NCBI GenBank assembly: GCA_020057185.1
Contig: JAGVGK010000005.1
Span: 1-63,841 of the forward strand
Length of the DNA: 63,841 nucleotides
From: Minisyncoccota bacterium
GTDB taxonomy: Bacteria; Patescibacteriota; Minisyncoccia; Phycocordibacterales; JACOZG01
Direction: 5' to 3'
Shown: positions 36,900 to 46,199 of the stretch, one piece after another
How positions within the stretch are numbered: the stretch's first letter is position 1
Layout of the letters: each line of letters begins with the position of its first letter
Position numbers and translations under genes: made by a program
Notes under the pieces: model-generated
The model's input: the letters and a program-made list of their open reading frames with translations, nothing else
What the model was told of the DNA's origin: nothing
The model's database searches: none

Positions 36900-37993
36900 A
36901 TTTTTTCTAAATTTTGATTTATTTTTTGACCGAGCACATCCCAATGCAAATTTTGTCTCACAAAACCAATTGCTCGTTGGCCCATTTCATAACGTTCAAT
37001 CGAAGTTAAACGATACAAACCGACAAGAGCGATTTCTAAATCTTCCATTATGTTATCGGCCTCTACTACAGTAATACAATTCGCACCCCCAAACAACTCG
37101 TCGATCGGACCAACTCTGGTAGTGACGACCGGCACTCCGGTGGCTAAATATTCCGGCAGTTTGGAGGGGTAGGAGTATTCAGTCATCTCGACGCTGGGTC
37201 GAGCAATTACCAAAACACTTGACCGACTAATCATAACTGGAACATCATTGTGCGAAACCTTAAAATGTAAATCTGTAATATCGGTTAGTCCAAGTTCTTC
37301 TAGAGTATTTTCAATTTCGCCACGGCCACTACTCATAATTAAATTTAATCTGAAAGGAAAAGTCCCCTTCTGTTTAATCCGGCTAGCTACGATCAACAAA
37401 TTTTGAATACCTTGGTATGCTTTAGAATTTCCAGTATAACCAATGGTAAAAATGCTTGGCGGTAAATACTTCCCATCATAAAACTCATTGTCAGTGACAC
37501 CACCGTAAACCACAACGCACTTTTTCAACTTGGAGCCATAATATGTTCCCAGTTTTGTTGAAACAACAAAAACCAGATCATACCAACGAATTAAAAAATT
37601 AATTTTCTGTTGCAACAACCAACTCTTAAACTTCCCCATCTGACCTTGATAATACATTTCCGCAGTAACAAGGCCGTGCAAATCAATGGCAATAGCAACT
37701 CCCGTAAACATTTTGAGCCAAAAAGGTAAATCAATGTCCACATCAGTCGCGGTCATAATAATATCTGGCTGATATTTCTTAATTACTAACTTAAAATACT
37801 TTACCTTTTGCCAAAGACTTCCCGCAGAGGGATAGGGAACAAATCTTTCAACAAAATTGGTGTCAATCTCTAAGGCGGAAACAATTACTCTGTGTTCCTT
37901 TTGGATTTGTTTAATAAAATTATAAATTCGGATCGGCGTGCCTCTCTTGGAATCTCGTAAAGATCCACTAGTTATGAAAAGAATGGTTTTCAT
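36896..37993 (-). CDS. Glycosyltransferase family 4
   Basis: YPSKLPEYLATGVPVVTTRVG. Confidence 0.8.
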   Translation of the reverse strand: MKTILFITSGSLRDSKRGTPIRIYNFIKQIQKEHRVIVSALEIDTNFVERFVPYPSAGSLWQKVKYFKLVIKKYQPDIIMTATDVDIDLPFWLKMFTGVAIAIDLHGLVTAEMYYQGQMGKFKSWLLQQKINFLIRWYDLVFVVSTKLGTYYGSKLKKCVVVYGGVTDNEFYDGKYLPPSIFTIGYTGNSKAYQGIQNLLIVASRIKQKGTFPFRLNLIMSSGRGEIENTLEELGLTDITDLHFKVSHNDVPVMISRSSVLVIARPSVEMTEYSYPSKLPEYLATGVPVVTTRVGPIDELFGGANCITVVEADNIMEDLEIALVGLYRLTSIERYEMGQRAIGFVRQNLHWDVLGQKINQNLEKI

Positions 37994-38639
37994 TTTTTTC
38001 GGCCTTAAAAGTTATCAAAAACCCACCCAATCCAGGCAAAAGACGAACCAACCAATACCACTTTGGTTGAACAATGGCCCCAATGATTACATTTTTAAAA
38101 TATTTAGATAATAATGCTTTGATCATTTGACAAGAAAACTGATTTATATGCGTCGGTTCCCCGAGGGGTGTGTTTTGGGGTTGAGCGAGAAAAAGACGAA
38201 AACGATTTTTAAGATTAAACGCGTTGGGGACAGAACCAACAAATAATCCTCCTGATTTGAGAACGAACAAAATTTTTTCCATCACCCGACCTGGAAAATA
38301 GAGATGTTCAATTACTTCAGTTGCAACCACGATGTCGAATTCTCCTTCATGACCCAAGTGCCAATCACCATTTAGATCATGCCATTCTGTCTTCATTCCA
38401 AGTGGGCATCGCTTAAGAGCGGCCGAATCAACATCGAAACCGACCACTTCATTGCCAGCCATTATTAAATAACGAGCAATGCGTCCGTCGCGACATCCAA
38501 GATCAAGAATTTTTTTACTCGTTCCGGCCCAATTAACAAACAATTTGCCCCGTTCTTCTTCAAACGAACTTGAGCCTCCACCCTCAGCATCTTTAGTCGT
38601 ATGCCGAGTACTATATATTTTATCTAGAACTTCTTTCAT
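37968..38639 (-). CDS. Class I SAM-dependent methyltransferase
   Basis: ILDLGCRDGRIA and VVATEVIEHL. Confidence 0.85.
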   Translation of the reverse strand: MKEVLDKIYSTRHTTKDAEGGGSSSFEEERGKLFVNWAGTSKKILDLGCRDGRIARYLIMAGNEVVGFDVDSAALKRCPLGMKTEWHDLNGDWHLGHEGEFDIVVATEVIEHLYFPGRVMEKILFVLKSGGLFVGSVPNAFNLKNRFRLFLAQPQNTPLGEPTHINQFSCQMIKALLSKYFKNVIIGAIVQPKWYWLVRLLPGLGGFLITFKAEKNENHSFHN

Positions 38640-38673
38640 AAATAATTATAATAAAACTTTTTGATAAATTAAA

Positions 38674-39819
38674 CTAGAGCAAATCGTTTAACACGATCGG
38701 ATTATTAATTTTCTCCGCAACATACATTCTTGCTCGTTTGATCATTTCTTCTTTCTCTCGGCTTTCTGAAACACAAAAAAATATTTTACTTTTAAAATCT
38801 TCCGCCCCACCCAGCTCTTCCCAGAGTCGACCTCTTTCACCATCACGACCAATTGTTTCAATAATACCAGAAACTCGACTCCCAAGAACAGGCAAGCCTA
38901 AATACATCGCTTCCCAAAAAACGATTCCCAGAGCTTCAGCTTTTGATAAAAGAACAAAAACATTAGCATCCCGATAATAGTTCCAGATGTTTTCACGATC
39001 GATCCATCCTTCAAAAAAAACTCTATTCTCAATTTTTAATTCTCTAACTTTCTCTTGTAGAGACATTAGAAGATTTCCTTGACCTAAAATTATCAAGATG
39101 AACTTATCATCAAGGGACGAGAAAAGTTCCAAAAGTTTGAGCAGATTTTTTTCTGGCTCTAGACGAGCAATGGTCAAAATTATTTTAGCCGTTGAATTCA
39201 AACCCAATCTTTTTTTTATCTTACCAATCGAACTTTTTACTAAAAAATTTTGATCACGACTGATTGTATCAGTATAAAAAATAAAAATCTTGTTATCAGG
39301 AACTCCTAAATATCTTAAATATTTTTTCATTGTCTCATTGATAGTTAAAAAACTGTCAGGAACCCACCAAAAAAATCTTTCAACCAAAAAAGAATACCCC
39401 GATTTTACTTTTCCAAATTTTCTGGTTCTTGAATACACTCGTGGTTGGTTAGTTAAAACCATCACAATTTTTCCACCGAAAAAGAGGCGGGCTAAACATA
39501 AGGCTGGTAGAAAACCAAAATCGTAGGTCAACCAAACATCAGGCCTAAGTTTTAATTTAAAGACTGCCCAAGAAACTGAAAATAAGGCCATGAAATCAAG
39601 TAAGGGTCTAAAAATATCCAACTTGGTCTTTAAATGCCATGTAGAAAAATTTTTTACTGACATTCTATAGCTAACTCGTGCAAAAGATAGATAAAAAAAA
39701 CTGTTTCCCCCGATCCCGAGATGATCTCGCCTAATTTTATCTTCAAACTCAATGGGAGCAGTTCTAAAAATATCTCGCCAATCACAATTAACTACAAAAA
39801 CTTTGGCTGTGGGTTTCAT
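38674..39819 (-). CDS. Glycosyltransferase family 4
   Basis: SKAEALGIVFWEAMYLGLPVLGS. Confidence 0.8.
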   Translation of the reverse strand: MKPTAKVFVVNCDWRDIFRTAPIEFEDKIRRDHLGIGGNSFFYLSFARVSYRMSVKNFSTWHLKTKLDIFRPLLDFMALFSVSWAVFKLKLRPDVWLTYDFGFLPALCLARLFFGGKIVMVLTNQPRVYSRTRKFGKVKSGYSFLVERFFWWVPDSFLTINETMKKYLRYLGVPDNKIFIFYTDTISRDQNFLVKSSIGKIKKRLGLNSTAKIILTIARLEPEKNLLKLLELFSSLDDKFILIILGQGNLLMSLQEKVRELKIENRVFFEGWIDRENIWNYYRDANVFVLLSKAEALGIVFWEAMYLGLPVLGSRVSGIIETIGRDGERGRLWEELGGAEDFKSKIFFCVSESREKEEMIKRARMYVAEKINNPIVLNDLL

Positions 39820-39821
39820 TT

Positions 39822-40820
39822 TTATAAAAAATATTTATACAAACTATTAGCTAAATTGACTAAACTATGTTTTTGCGCGAAACCTAAAAGATTTAGACGG
39901 AGATCGTTTTTTTGTACATCATCCATATTCAATAAATTTTTAATTTCCCCCTTCACCGCGATTTCTCTAGCGGGTTGACTTTCAGACCAAATAACTAGAG
40001 CCCCACAAGCCATCGCTTCCAATATCGTTTTATCCATACTGCCAGTCGGAGTTAGATTAACATAAATTTCGTGGGAGCGATAGATATCGAGTGTCTCTGA
40101 ATGCCGTACAGCGGGGCATAAGGACAAGCGACCAGAGCGCGTCAGTGGTTCAGCTAATCGATGTAATTCTCGCTCATAGAGAATATCTGTCTCGAAAATT
40201 GGTGAACCAACGATTGTAGCGGTGAAATCAATTTTCTGTTTCTGCAATTCCAATAACGCGTTTATCAGAATATCTAATCGTTTGATTGGTGAGATGCGAC
40301 CGAGCGCTAAAATCGATCGCGGAATCTTTTTCACGTTTGGATCTGGTCGAAAAAAATCCGTATCAATCCCCACCGGCATTATTTTCGTTTTCTTAAATCG
40401 CGCGGTGAAAGATTGCGGCGAAGTACAAAATACTTTATTAGAAACAAGAATGGCAATTCTCGTGAGAAATCCTCCGAATGCATGATTCCGCCATAAGTAT
40501 ATTTTCTTACCCCACAATTTCCAAAATTTCCACCCAAGCAGAACATACTCCTGATTCATGTGAACAAACACGGCGTCATAGTTTTTTCGTTCTTGCCAGA
40601 TGTATTTATAGAAACGCCACACATACTTGACCTTTGATTGGCCAGATTCCTTGCCTAAAGATAAAACCCCAACATTAGGTGGTAAATTATACTTCCCCTT
40701 CTCCAAACAAATTACGATTATCTTCTCGCAATGTTTAGCGAATTCTTCAATCCAGCGACAGAAAAAACCGAGGATTGGATCATTTCGGTCAACTTTTTGA
40801 GTGATAATTAAAAGTTTCAT
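39822..40820 (-). CDS. Glycosyltransferase family 4-like
   Basis: TGSMDKTILEAMACGALVI. Its ATG overlaps the abiEii stop (ATGA). Confidence 0.75.
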   Translation of the reverse strand: MKLLIITQKVDRNDPILGFFCRWIEEFAKHCEKIIVICLEKGKYNLPPNVGVLSLGKESGQSKVKYVWRFYKYIWQERKNYDAVFVHMNQEYVLLGWKFWKLWGKKIYLWRNHAFGGFLTRIAILVSNKVFCTSPQSFTARFKKTKIMPVGIDTDFFRPDPNVKKIPRSILALGRISPIKRLDILINALLELQKQKIDFTATIVGSPIFETDILYERELHRLAEPLTRSGRLSLCPAVRHSETLDIYRSHEIYVNLTPTGSMDKTILEAMACGALVIWSESQPAREIAVKGEIKNLLNMDDVQKNDLRLNLLGFAQKHSLVNLANSLYKYFL

Positions 40821-41560
40821 TGCTCCAATCTCCTTATCTCGTCTTTTATTAATCCAAGGACTTCTCTTTTTAATATTTTGCGTATGGCAACAAATTTATC
40901 ATAAGGCAAAAGTGAATTGAGATCCTCGGAAATGATTTTTTCCGTTACTTTTTCATCTACAAAATCGATAAGGTTAGAAAGAAATTCTTTCGTTCCCTTT
41001 CCGGTTTTTTGTTTTATAACACTGGCATCATACTCAAAACCGTTTAGAAAAAAATAGTGGACATCGTAGATATCCCGGCCGGCAATAGTTCCAGTTTTTT
41101 TAAACCTATCCATCACGGCAATAAGTTTGTGAGCAAACATCGTTTCTTTGGTTTGGCAAATCAAAATACGATCTATTTCCAAAAATCTCACCGGCGCGTA
41201 TTTGCTCGTAGAAAAGAGCGGGAAAGAAGCGTCTATTTTCAAAATTTTCCTTTCTGAACCGATAGCATCATATTTTAAAAAATATTGAATCCCGTTTTTA
41301 CTTTTATCTTTTATGAAAAGATTTAACTTCACAAACAGACGCTCAAGCGCTTGACATGTTTTTCCAATGTCTTTTTCGGCGCCAGCATAATCAAAATCTA
41401 AATCAACTGAAAACCGATTCAACCAACCAAGCATTGAGGCGCAGGTTCCACCTTTAAAAAATAAAACACTGGTGAGATACTGATTATCAGCAATCGCTTC
41501 AAGAATTCGATAAAGCCACGCCTTATGAATAGCCTCTTTTCTGTTTGGTACGATCATCAT
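40817..41560 (-). CDS. abiEii: Nucleotidyltransferase AbiEii/AbiGii-family toxin (DUF1814)
   Basis: FFKGGTCASML..NRFSVDLDFDY. Confidence 0.85.
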   Translation of the reverse strand: MMIVPNRKEAIHKAWLYRILEAIADNQYLTSVLFFKGGTCASMLGWLNRFSVDLDFDYAGAEKDIGKTCQALERLFVKLNLFIKDKSKNGIQYFLKYDAIGSERKILKIDASFPLFSTSKYAPVRFLEIDRILICQTKETMFAHKLIAVMDRFKKTGTIAGRDIYDVHYFFLNGFEYDASVIKQKTGKGTKEFLSNLIDFVDEKVTEKIISEDLNSLLPYDKFVAIRKILKREVLGLIKDEIRRLEQ

Positions 41561-41566
41561 TTTTTT

Positions 41567-42160
41567 TTAGGATTTGATACCCTTTATAATATATCCCACC
41601 GCATCGGCAATTTCCCTGACTTTGCCCCACTGAATTAAAGTTGAATCTCCAGCATCAAAATATTTTCGCGGATTAAAATAAAGCATATCGGCGACCGCGC
41701 GGGGGATAGAAGCGATACGAACACCATCTTTTATCTCTATCCCCGCATCGTTAAAAAGAAACTCCTCACGCATCTTTCTTGATCGATATTGTATACCGGC
41801 GATAGAAAAATGCCTGGAAAATTGACTGACGAGGGTAACCGCCAGCGGCGACTGATTCAAAATACCTTTTTGATAAAGCACCGACTCACAAGAGACATAG
41901 GCTGGTGAATGGATAGCTTTGACACCCAAAAGAAAAGGATTTATTTCACTCGCTTTCTTAACTGCATACAACCCCTTGTAGACGCGGTGAATAAGCCCGT
42001 CTGCCACATATCTTGAAAGCGTCTTATACAAAGTATTTTCATTGGGAATCTCCCACAAATTCGCCACATCGCTGGCATGAAAAACTATCTCACCGAGAGT
42101 AGCAATAGAAGCCAGGCGCTCACCCCCCGATCCCCTAATGTCTTTATATTTTATACTCAT
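41567..42160 (-). CDS. abiEi: AbiEi-family antitoxin / transcriptional regulator
   Basis: N-terminal wHTH-like LYKTLSRYVADGLIHRVYKGLYAV. Ends 6 nt upstream of abiEii. Confidence 0.75.
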   Translation of the reverse strand: MSIKYKDIRGSGGERLASIATLGEIVFHASDVANLWEIPNENTLYKTLSRYVADGLIHRVYKGLYAVKKASEINPFLLGVKAIHSPAYVSCESVLYQKGILNQSPLAVTLVSQFSRHFSIAGIQYRSRKMREEFLFNDAGIEIKDGVRIASIPRAVADMLYFNPRKYFDAGDSTLIQWGKVREIADAVGYIIKGIKS

Positions 42161-42206
42161 GTCGTTAATTTAACCTGTACTTGTATGTACATGGTATTGT
42201 AACATA

Positions 42207-43202
42207 TCATTGTAATAATTCAATAACACCCTTGGCAACATTGGCAAAATCTTGCCCGATTATTCGCACCCCAACTTCTCTCGCCACACCGACATCGGTC
42301 GAAACAATTTTACAACCTGCCGCTTGGGTTTCGACTAAAGTCATGCCATAACCCTCATACAGTGAAGTGACAAGAAACAGATCGCAAGTTTTATAATAAG
42401 AATACAGTGTTTCTTGATTGACCCAATTTTCAAAAATAATACTAGCTTCTAGCTTATAGCTTATAGCTTTTAGCTTCAAAATTTTTTCTTCTGGTCCGGA
42501 GCCAACAATTATCAACCCTATTCTCCTATTCGCGCGAATTAGAGAAGACACTGCTTCGATTGCCAAATCAATATTTTTTTCTTTAGTTAAACGCGAAGCC
42601 ATTAAAATTATTTTATCAAATTGCTGATATTTTTTATGCAAGTCTACCGTGATTGGTGTATTTTTAATTTTCTCTATGTCTACAAAAATCGGCCGTATTT
42701 CAATTTCAGCTTTTATCCGCCAGCTGGCGGATTTTAGAAAATCAGCAATTCGTTGGCTAACAACACGAATTTTGTCGGCTTTAGGTAATAAGAATTTGGC
42801 GAGCAGAAACCGAATTTTATTCTTGAACGATTCCTGCCAAAAATACGGACTGCCAATATCGGTATGGATTTGAAGTTCAAGTTGGGCTAATTCCCGACGC
42901 GAGATTAACCAACCTGTTAATCCTGATTCGAATGGATCTTGGCAAGTAACCAAATCAATTTTTAGTTTAAGTTTCTTAACTAATTTTACCGCATCAAAAA
43001 TGTAAAATAATTTTAATCTGGAATTAGTGGGATAAATCCAAAGTTTAGGTGAAATTTGAGCAGAGACAAGACCGAGAGATTTTTGGGCAAATACTATTAT
43101 ATGTGTCTCGTCAACCAAGTTTGCATAGCCAATTATCCGCTCGCGTACCGCGCTCGCGGGTTGAAACAAATTTCGATCCGAGCCGATACTTAAAATTTTC
43201 AT
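42207..43202 (-). CDS. Glycosyltransferase family 4 (carries a heptamer-array insert)
   Basis: SLYEGYGMTLVETQAAGCKIVSTDVG. Confidence 0.85.
   Translation of the reverse strand: MKILSIGSDRNLFQPASAVRERIIGYANLVDETHIIVFAQKSLGLVSAQISPKLWIYPTNSRLKLFYIFDAVKLVKKLKLKIDLVTCQDPFESGLTGWLISRRELAQLELQIHTDIGSPYFWQESFKNKIRFLLAKFLLPKADKIRVVSQRIADFLKSASWRIKAEIEIRPIFVDIEKIKNTPITVDLHKKYQQFDKIILMASRLTKEKNIDLAIEAVSSLIRANRRIGLIIVGSGPEEKILKLKAISYKLEASIIFENWVNQETLYSYYKTCDLFLVTSLYEGYGMTLVETQAAGCKIVSTDVGVAREVGVRIIGQDFANVAKGVIELLQ
42443..42477. repeat. Five tandem heptamers: tagcttc tagctta tagctta tagcttt tagcttc, in-frame in the GT4 gene
   Basis: Read directly. Encodes LKLKAISYKLEA on the minus strand. Confidence 0.95.
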
Positions 43203-44176
43203 ATCTTAATGACTAAATCTAAAAATTCCCGCGCTAGCTCTGACCAAGAATGTTCAAAATTAAAATTAGTGATTTTTTTAATTTGTGTCTCATAATTATT
43301 TTTATCACTTAACCACAACAATTTTCCTTCAACATCGGCCAGATTAAGCGGGTTAATGTATATGCCAATTTCACCCAAACGATCTTGTATACCATTTTCT
43401 TCGGTCAAAATAAAAGGCTTATTACAACGAATCGCGTCCAAAACAATGTTCGGACTGATTTCGGACACCGACGGGACAATGAGACCATAACAACTTCTGA
43501 TTTTTTCTGTTAATTTCTCCGGCGACCATTGACCAATTTCAAAAACAAAATTTAAAGGTTTGAGAATATCAAAATTTTTCAATTTTAAATTGCGTCCAGC
43601 TGATATAAAAACTTTTTGTTCTGGCTCGTTGGAAACTTCTTTTCTACCATAATAATTTTCGATAATTTTTGTTTTGGATAAATCTAAATTATATGGTTTC
43701 GCCCAAATTTGCCTCTGCCAATCAGTGCTAAAAACTATTAAACTAGACTGTTTCAAAATCCAACGAGTTAGTTTGAAAATAAGACGCTCTTTGAAATTGA
43801 AATTCGGAATTTCAGTTTGATAGAAATTGCGTAATAAAACAAGTTTACCGGTTCGTTCAACATAGTTTTCCCACAAGAAATCCCCGCCGGTGCGAATAAT
43901 CGTTTTTTTGCCCAATAGTCGACCAGCCATAACAGATGGCAAACCGACACTGAAAGTGTCGAGAGTTAAACACCAATCAGCCCAATGCAAAGTGGGGAAG
44001 ATTTTAAAAAAATAAAAGATATGTCGTAAACCACTCGGCCAGTGTTTAACATCCGAAAATTTAATCACTCGAACCTCATGGCCAAGTTTCTGAAATTCTC
44101 GTTCCAAATTAAATGCGTACTGCGCCGGACCACCAATGTCCGGTGGATAAATACCAGTGGCGATTAGGATTTTCAT
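43199..44176 (-). CDS. GT-B fold glycosyltransferase
   Basis: MKILIATGIYPPDIGGPAQY N-terminus and a degenerate E-x7-E region. Confidence 0.7.
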   Translation of the reverse strand: MKILIATGIYPPDIGGPAQYAFNLEREFQKLGHEVRVIKFSDVKHWPSGLRHIFYFFKIFPTLHWADWCLTLDTFSVGLPSVMAGRLLGKKTIIRTGGDFLWENYVERTGKLVLLRNFYQTEIPNFNFKERLIFKLTRWILKQSSLIVFSTDWQRQIWAKPYNLDLSKTKIIENYYGRKEVSNEPEQKVFISAGRNLKLKNFDILKPLNFVFEIGQWSPEKLTEKIRSCYGLIVPSVSEISPNIVLDAIRCNKPFILTEENGIQDRLGEIGIYINPLNLADVEGKLLWLSDKNNYETQIKKITNFNFEHSWSELAREFLDLVIKI

Positions 44177-45264
44177 AGTGATAGAAGACTTCTCATTTGT
44201 TTAGCAATAATTTCCCAATTGTACTTATTCAGAACCATTTGACGAGCTTCGTTAATAACTTGCTTCACCTTGTCGTGATTGGTCGGATCCAAAATATATT
44301 GCACTTTCTCGGCGACACTTTTGGGATTGTCCGCTTCACAGAACCAGCCCGTGACACCGTCGGTTAGAAAGTCCGGGATCCCCCCTACTGGCGTACCAAC
44401 CACCGGCACGCCCGCCGCCATCGCTTCGAGAAACGAATTACCGAGTCCTTCAGACCGTGAGGGTCGCACAAACACATCGGCTTGAGCGAGATAATTTGAT
44501 ACTTCATTTGGTGGGACATGACCGAGAAATTCAATCCGAGCTTGTAGCTTGTAGCTTGCCTGCCCGACGGCAAGGCGGGTAGCTTGTAGCTTTAAATTTT
44601 TCTCTTCAATCCCACCACCGAGAATCTGAAGTCTTATATTATCCGGCAAAAAACGCATCGCTTCAATTAAAATATCTACGCCATTTTTCTTCACCAATCG
44701 CCCCGTGTGAATAATTACCAGGTTAGCTTTTAGCTTGTAGCTTTTAGCTTGTAGCTTAAATTTATCCAAATCTACCCCATTAGGAATTACCGTAATCGGA
44801 CAGCGTGCCCCCATCGTTCGCGCCCACGCGCCGAGATAATTAGAAATAACTTGGATGTGATCGGCCACTTTAAAAACCCTAAAAATTCTCGGTAAAAGTA
44901 ATCTCAAACGATACGCCCAGCTATTTAGATCATCCCCTTCTTGCAAAGTTAAAAGAAACGGCACAGTTAGAAAACGACGCTTGAAAAGCGCGCCGGCCAT
45001 CCCCGCCTGATTGGCCATAATCGCCCAAATTGCGTCGTAGGGCTTAATTTTATGTCTTCTTGAGGCTTCTCGGTAAGCCCAGAACGGATAAGAATATTTA
45101 GACCAAAAATTTCTAATGTCGGCGTGGATAATTTCAAACTGAAATTCCGGCAATCCTGCCTTGTCGGCAGACAGGCGATCGGTAATCTCTTTCACCGCCA
45201 CTTCGGCTCCGCCGACAAAGGGGAAATAAGCAAGAGAAAAAATTAAGATTCGAGGCGTCGACAT
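44173..45264 (-). CDS. Glycosyltransferase family 4 (carries three repeat-element inserts)
   Basis: SRSEGLGNSFLEAMAAGVPVVGTPVGG. Confidence 0.85.
   Translation of the reverse strand: MSTPRILIFSLAYFPFVGGAEVAVKEITDRLSADKAGLPEFQFEIIHADIRNFWSKYSYPFWAYREASRRHKIKPYDAIWAIMANQAGMAGALFKRRFLTVPFLLTLQEGDDLNSWAYRLRLLLPRIFRVFKVADHIQVISNYLGAWARTMGARCPITVIPNGVDLDKFKLQAKSYKLKANLVIIHTGRLVKKNGVDILIEAMRFLPDNIRLQILGGGIEEKNLKLQATRLAVGQASYKLQARIEFLGHVPPNEVSNYLAQADVFVRPSRSEGLGNSFLEAMAAGVPVVGTPVGGIPDFLTDGVTGWFCEADNPKSVAEKVQYILDPTNHDKVKQVINEARQMVLNKYNWEIIAKQMRSLLSL
44538..44593. repeat. Composite element: 3 heptamer units + a 21-nt palindromic insert + 2 heptamer units
   Basis: gagcttg tagcttg tagcttg [cctgcccgacggcaaggcggg] tagcttg tagcttt. 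Encodes LKLQATRLAVGQASYKLQA. Confidence 0.9.
44724..44758. repeat. Five tandem heptamers: tagcttt tagcttg tagcttt tagcttg tagctta
   Basis: Read directly. Encodes KLQAKSYKLKA. Confidence 0.95.
45155..45176. repeat. 22-nt imperfect palindrome cctgccttgtcggcagacaggc, identical to 53504..53525
   Basis: Exact 22/22 match read by eye. Encodes LSADKAG in the same frame at both sites. Confidence 0.95.
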
Positions 45265-46190
45265 AAATCTTTATACCAATCAACTTGCGCCTTCAACCCT
45301 TCGGCCAATTTAGTGCGGGGATTATAACCGAGTCGTTGGCGAGCTTTATTAATATTAGCGCCTGTTTCTAGTTGATCTCCAGACCGACGAGGCACAATGA
45401 TAATTTTGGCGGGTTTATTTAGTAAAGTTTCAACAATTTTGATTCCCTCACCAGTGGTGCTCAATTGATCCGTACCAATATTAAAAATTTCGCCAGTCAC
45501 TTCTTCAAGTTTATCCAGGGCAAGAATACACCCATCCACAATATCGCCGATATAACTATAACTGCGGATATGGCGATTACTGCCTTCATGGAGGGGGAAC
45601 GACTGATCAGCCAAAATGTTTTTAATTAATTTGTGATAAAGTTTCTCCGGTCGCTCGCGCGGACCATAGACAGAGAAAAGACGCAGAACTACGACCGGCA
45701 AACCATGCTCGCGGTGATAAGCCATCGCCAGTTGTTCACCGGCCAATTTAGTCACGCCATAATAAGAAGTCGGACGCGGTTCGGTCATTTCCACCCCGTT
45801 GGCATAAGCGCCATAAACCGAAGAGGTGGAAATGTGAATAAAACCTTTAAGTTTTTTATTCCGCCGAGCTACTTCGAGTAAACGATGAGTAGCTACAATA
45901 TTATTGCGCAAATAATCTTCAAATGGCGTTTCCGCCGAAATTCCAGGCTGGGCGGCAAAATGATAAATAACATCAACCGCTCCCGCCGAGTCGAGGGGAT
46001 CATCAACCAGATCATGAAGCAATGTCTCGACCCCGCGTTGACGTAAGTCCTCGACATTTAATTCCTTGATTGAACGATCATAGTAATCAGTTAAACAATC
46101 TAACCCAATTACCTCATGACCCAATTCCGCCAACCGTTCTGCAACATGAGAACCAACCGCCCCCGCCGCGCCCGTGACTAATATTTTCAT
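45243..46190 (-). CDS. NAD-dependent nucleotide-sugar epimerase (extended SDR)
   Basis: ILVTGAAGAVGSH and YGVTK. Confidence 0.85.
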   Translation of the reverse strand: MKILVTGAAGAVGSHVAERLAELGHEVIGLDCLTDYYDRSIKELNVEDLRQRGVETLLHDLVDDPLDSAGAVDVIYHFAAQPGISAETPFEDYLRNNIVATHRLLEVARRNKKLKGFIHISTSSVYGAYANGVEMTEPRPTSYYGVTKLAGEQLAMAYHREHGLPVVVLRLFSVYGPRERPEKLYHKLIKNILADQSFPLHEGSNRHIRSYSYIGDIVDGCILALDKLEEVTGEIFNIGTDQLSTTGEGIKIVETLLNKPAKIIIVPRRSGDQLETGANINKARQRLGYNPRTKLAEGLKAQVDWYKDLCRRLES

Positions 46191-46199
46191 AAAATGTTT

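Noticed and set aside
42443-44758. Heptamer arrays considered as a CRISPR array or minisatellite.
   Set aside because: The units are 7 nt long with no spacers, the arrays are only 35 nt, and they lie inside ORFs. They are not CRISPR arrays.
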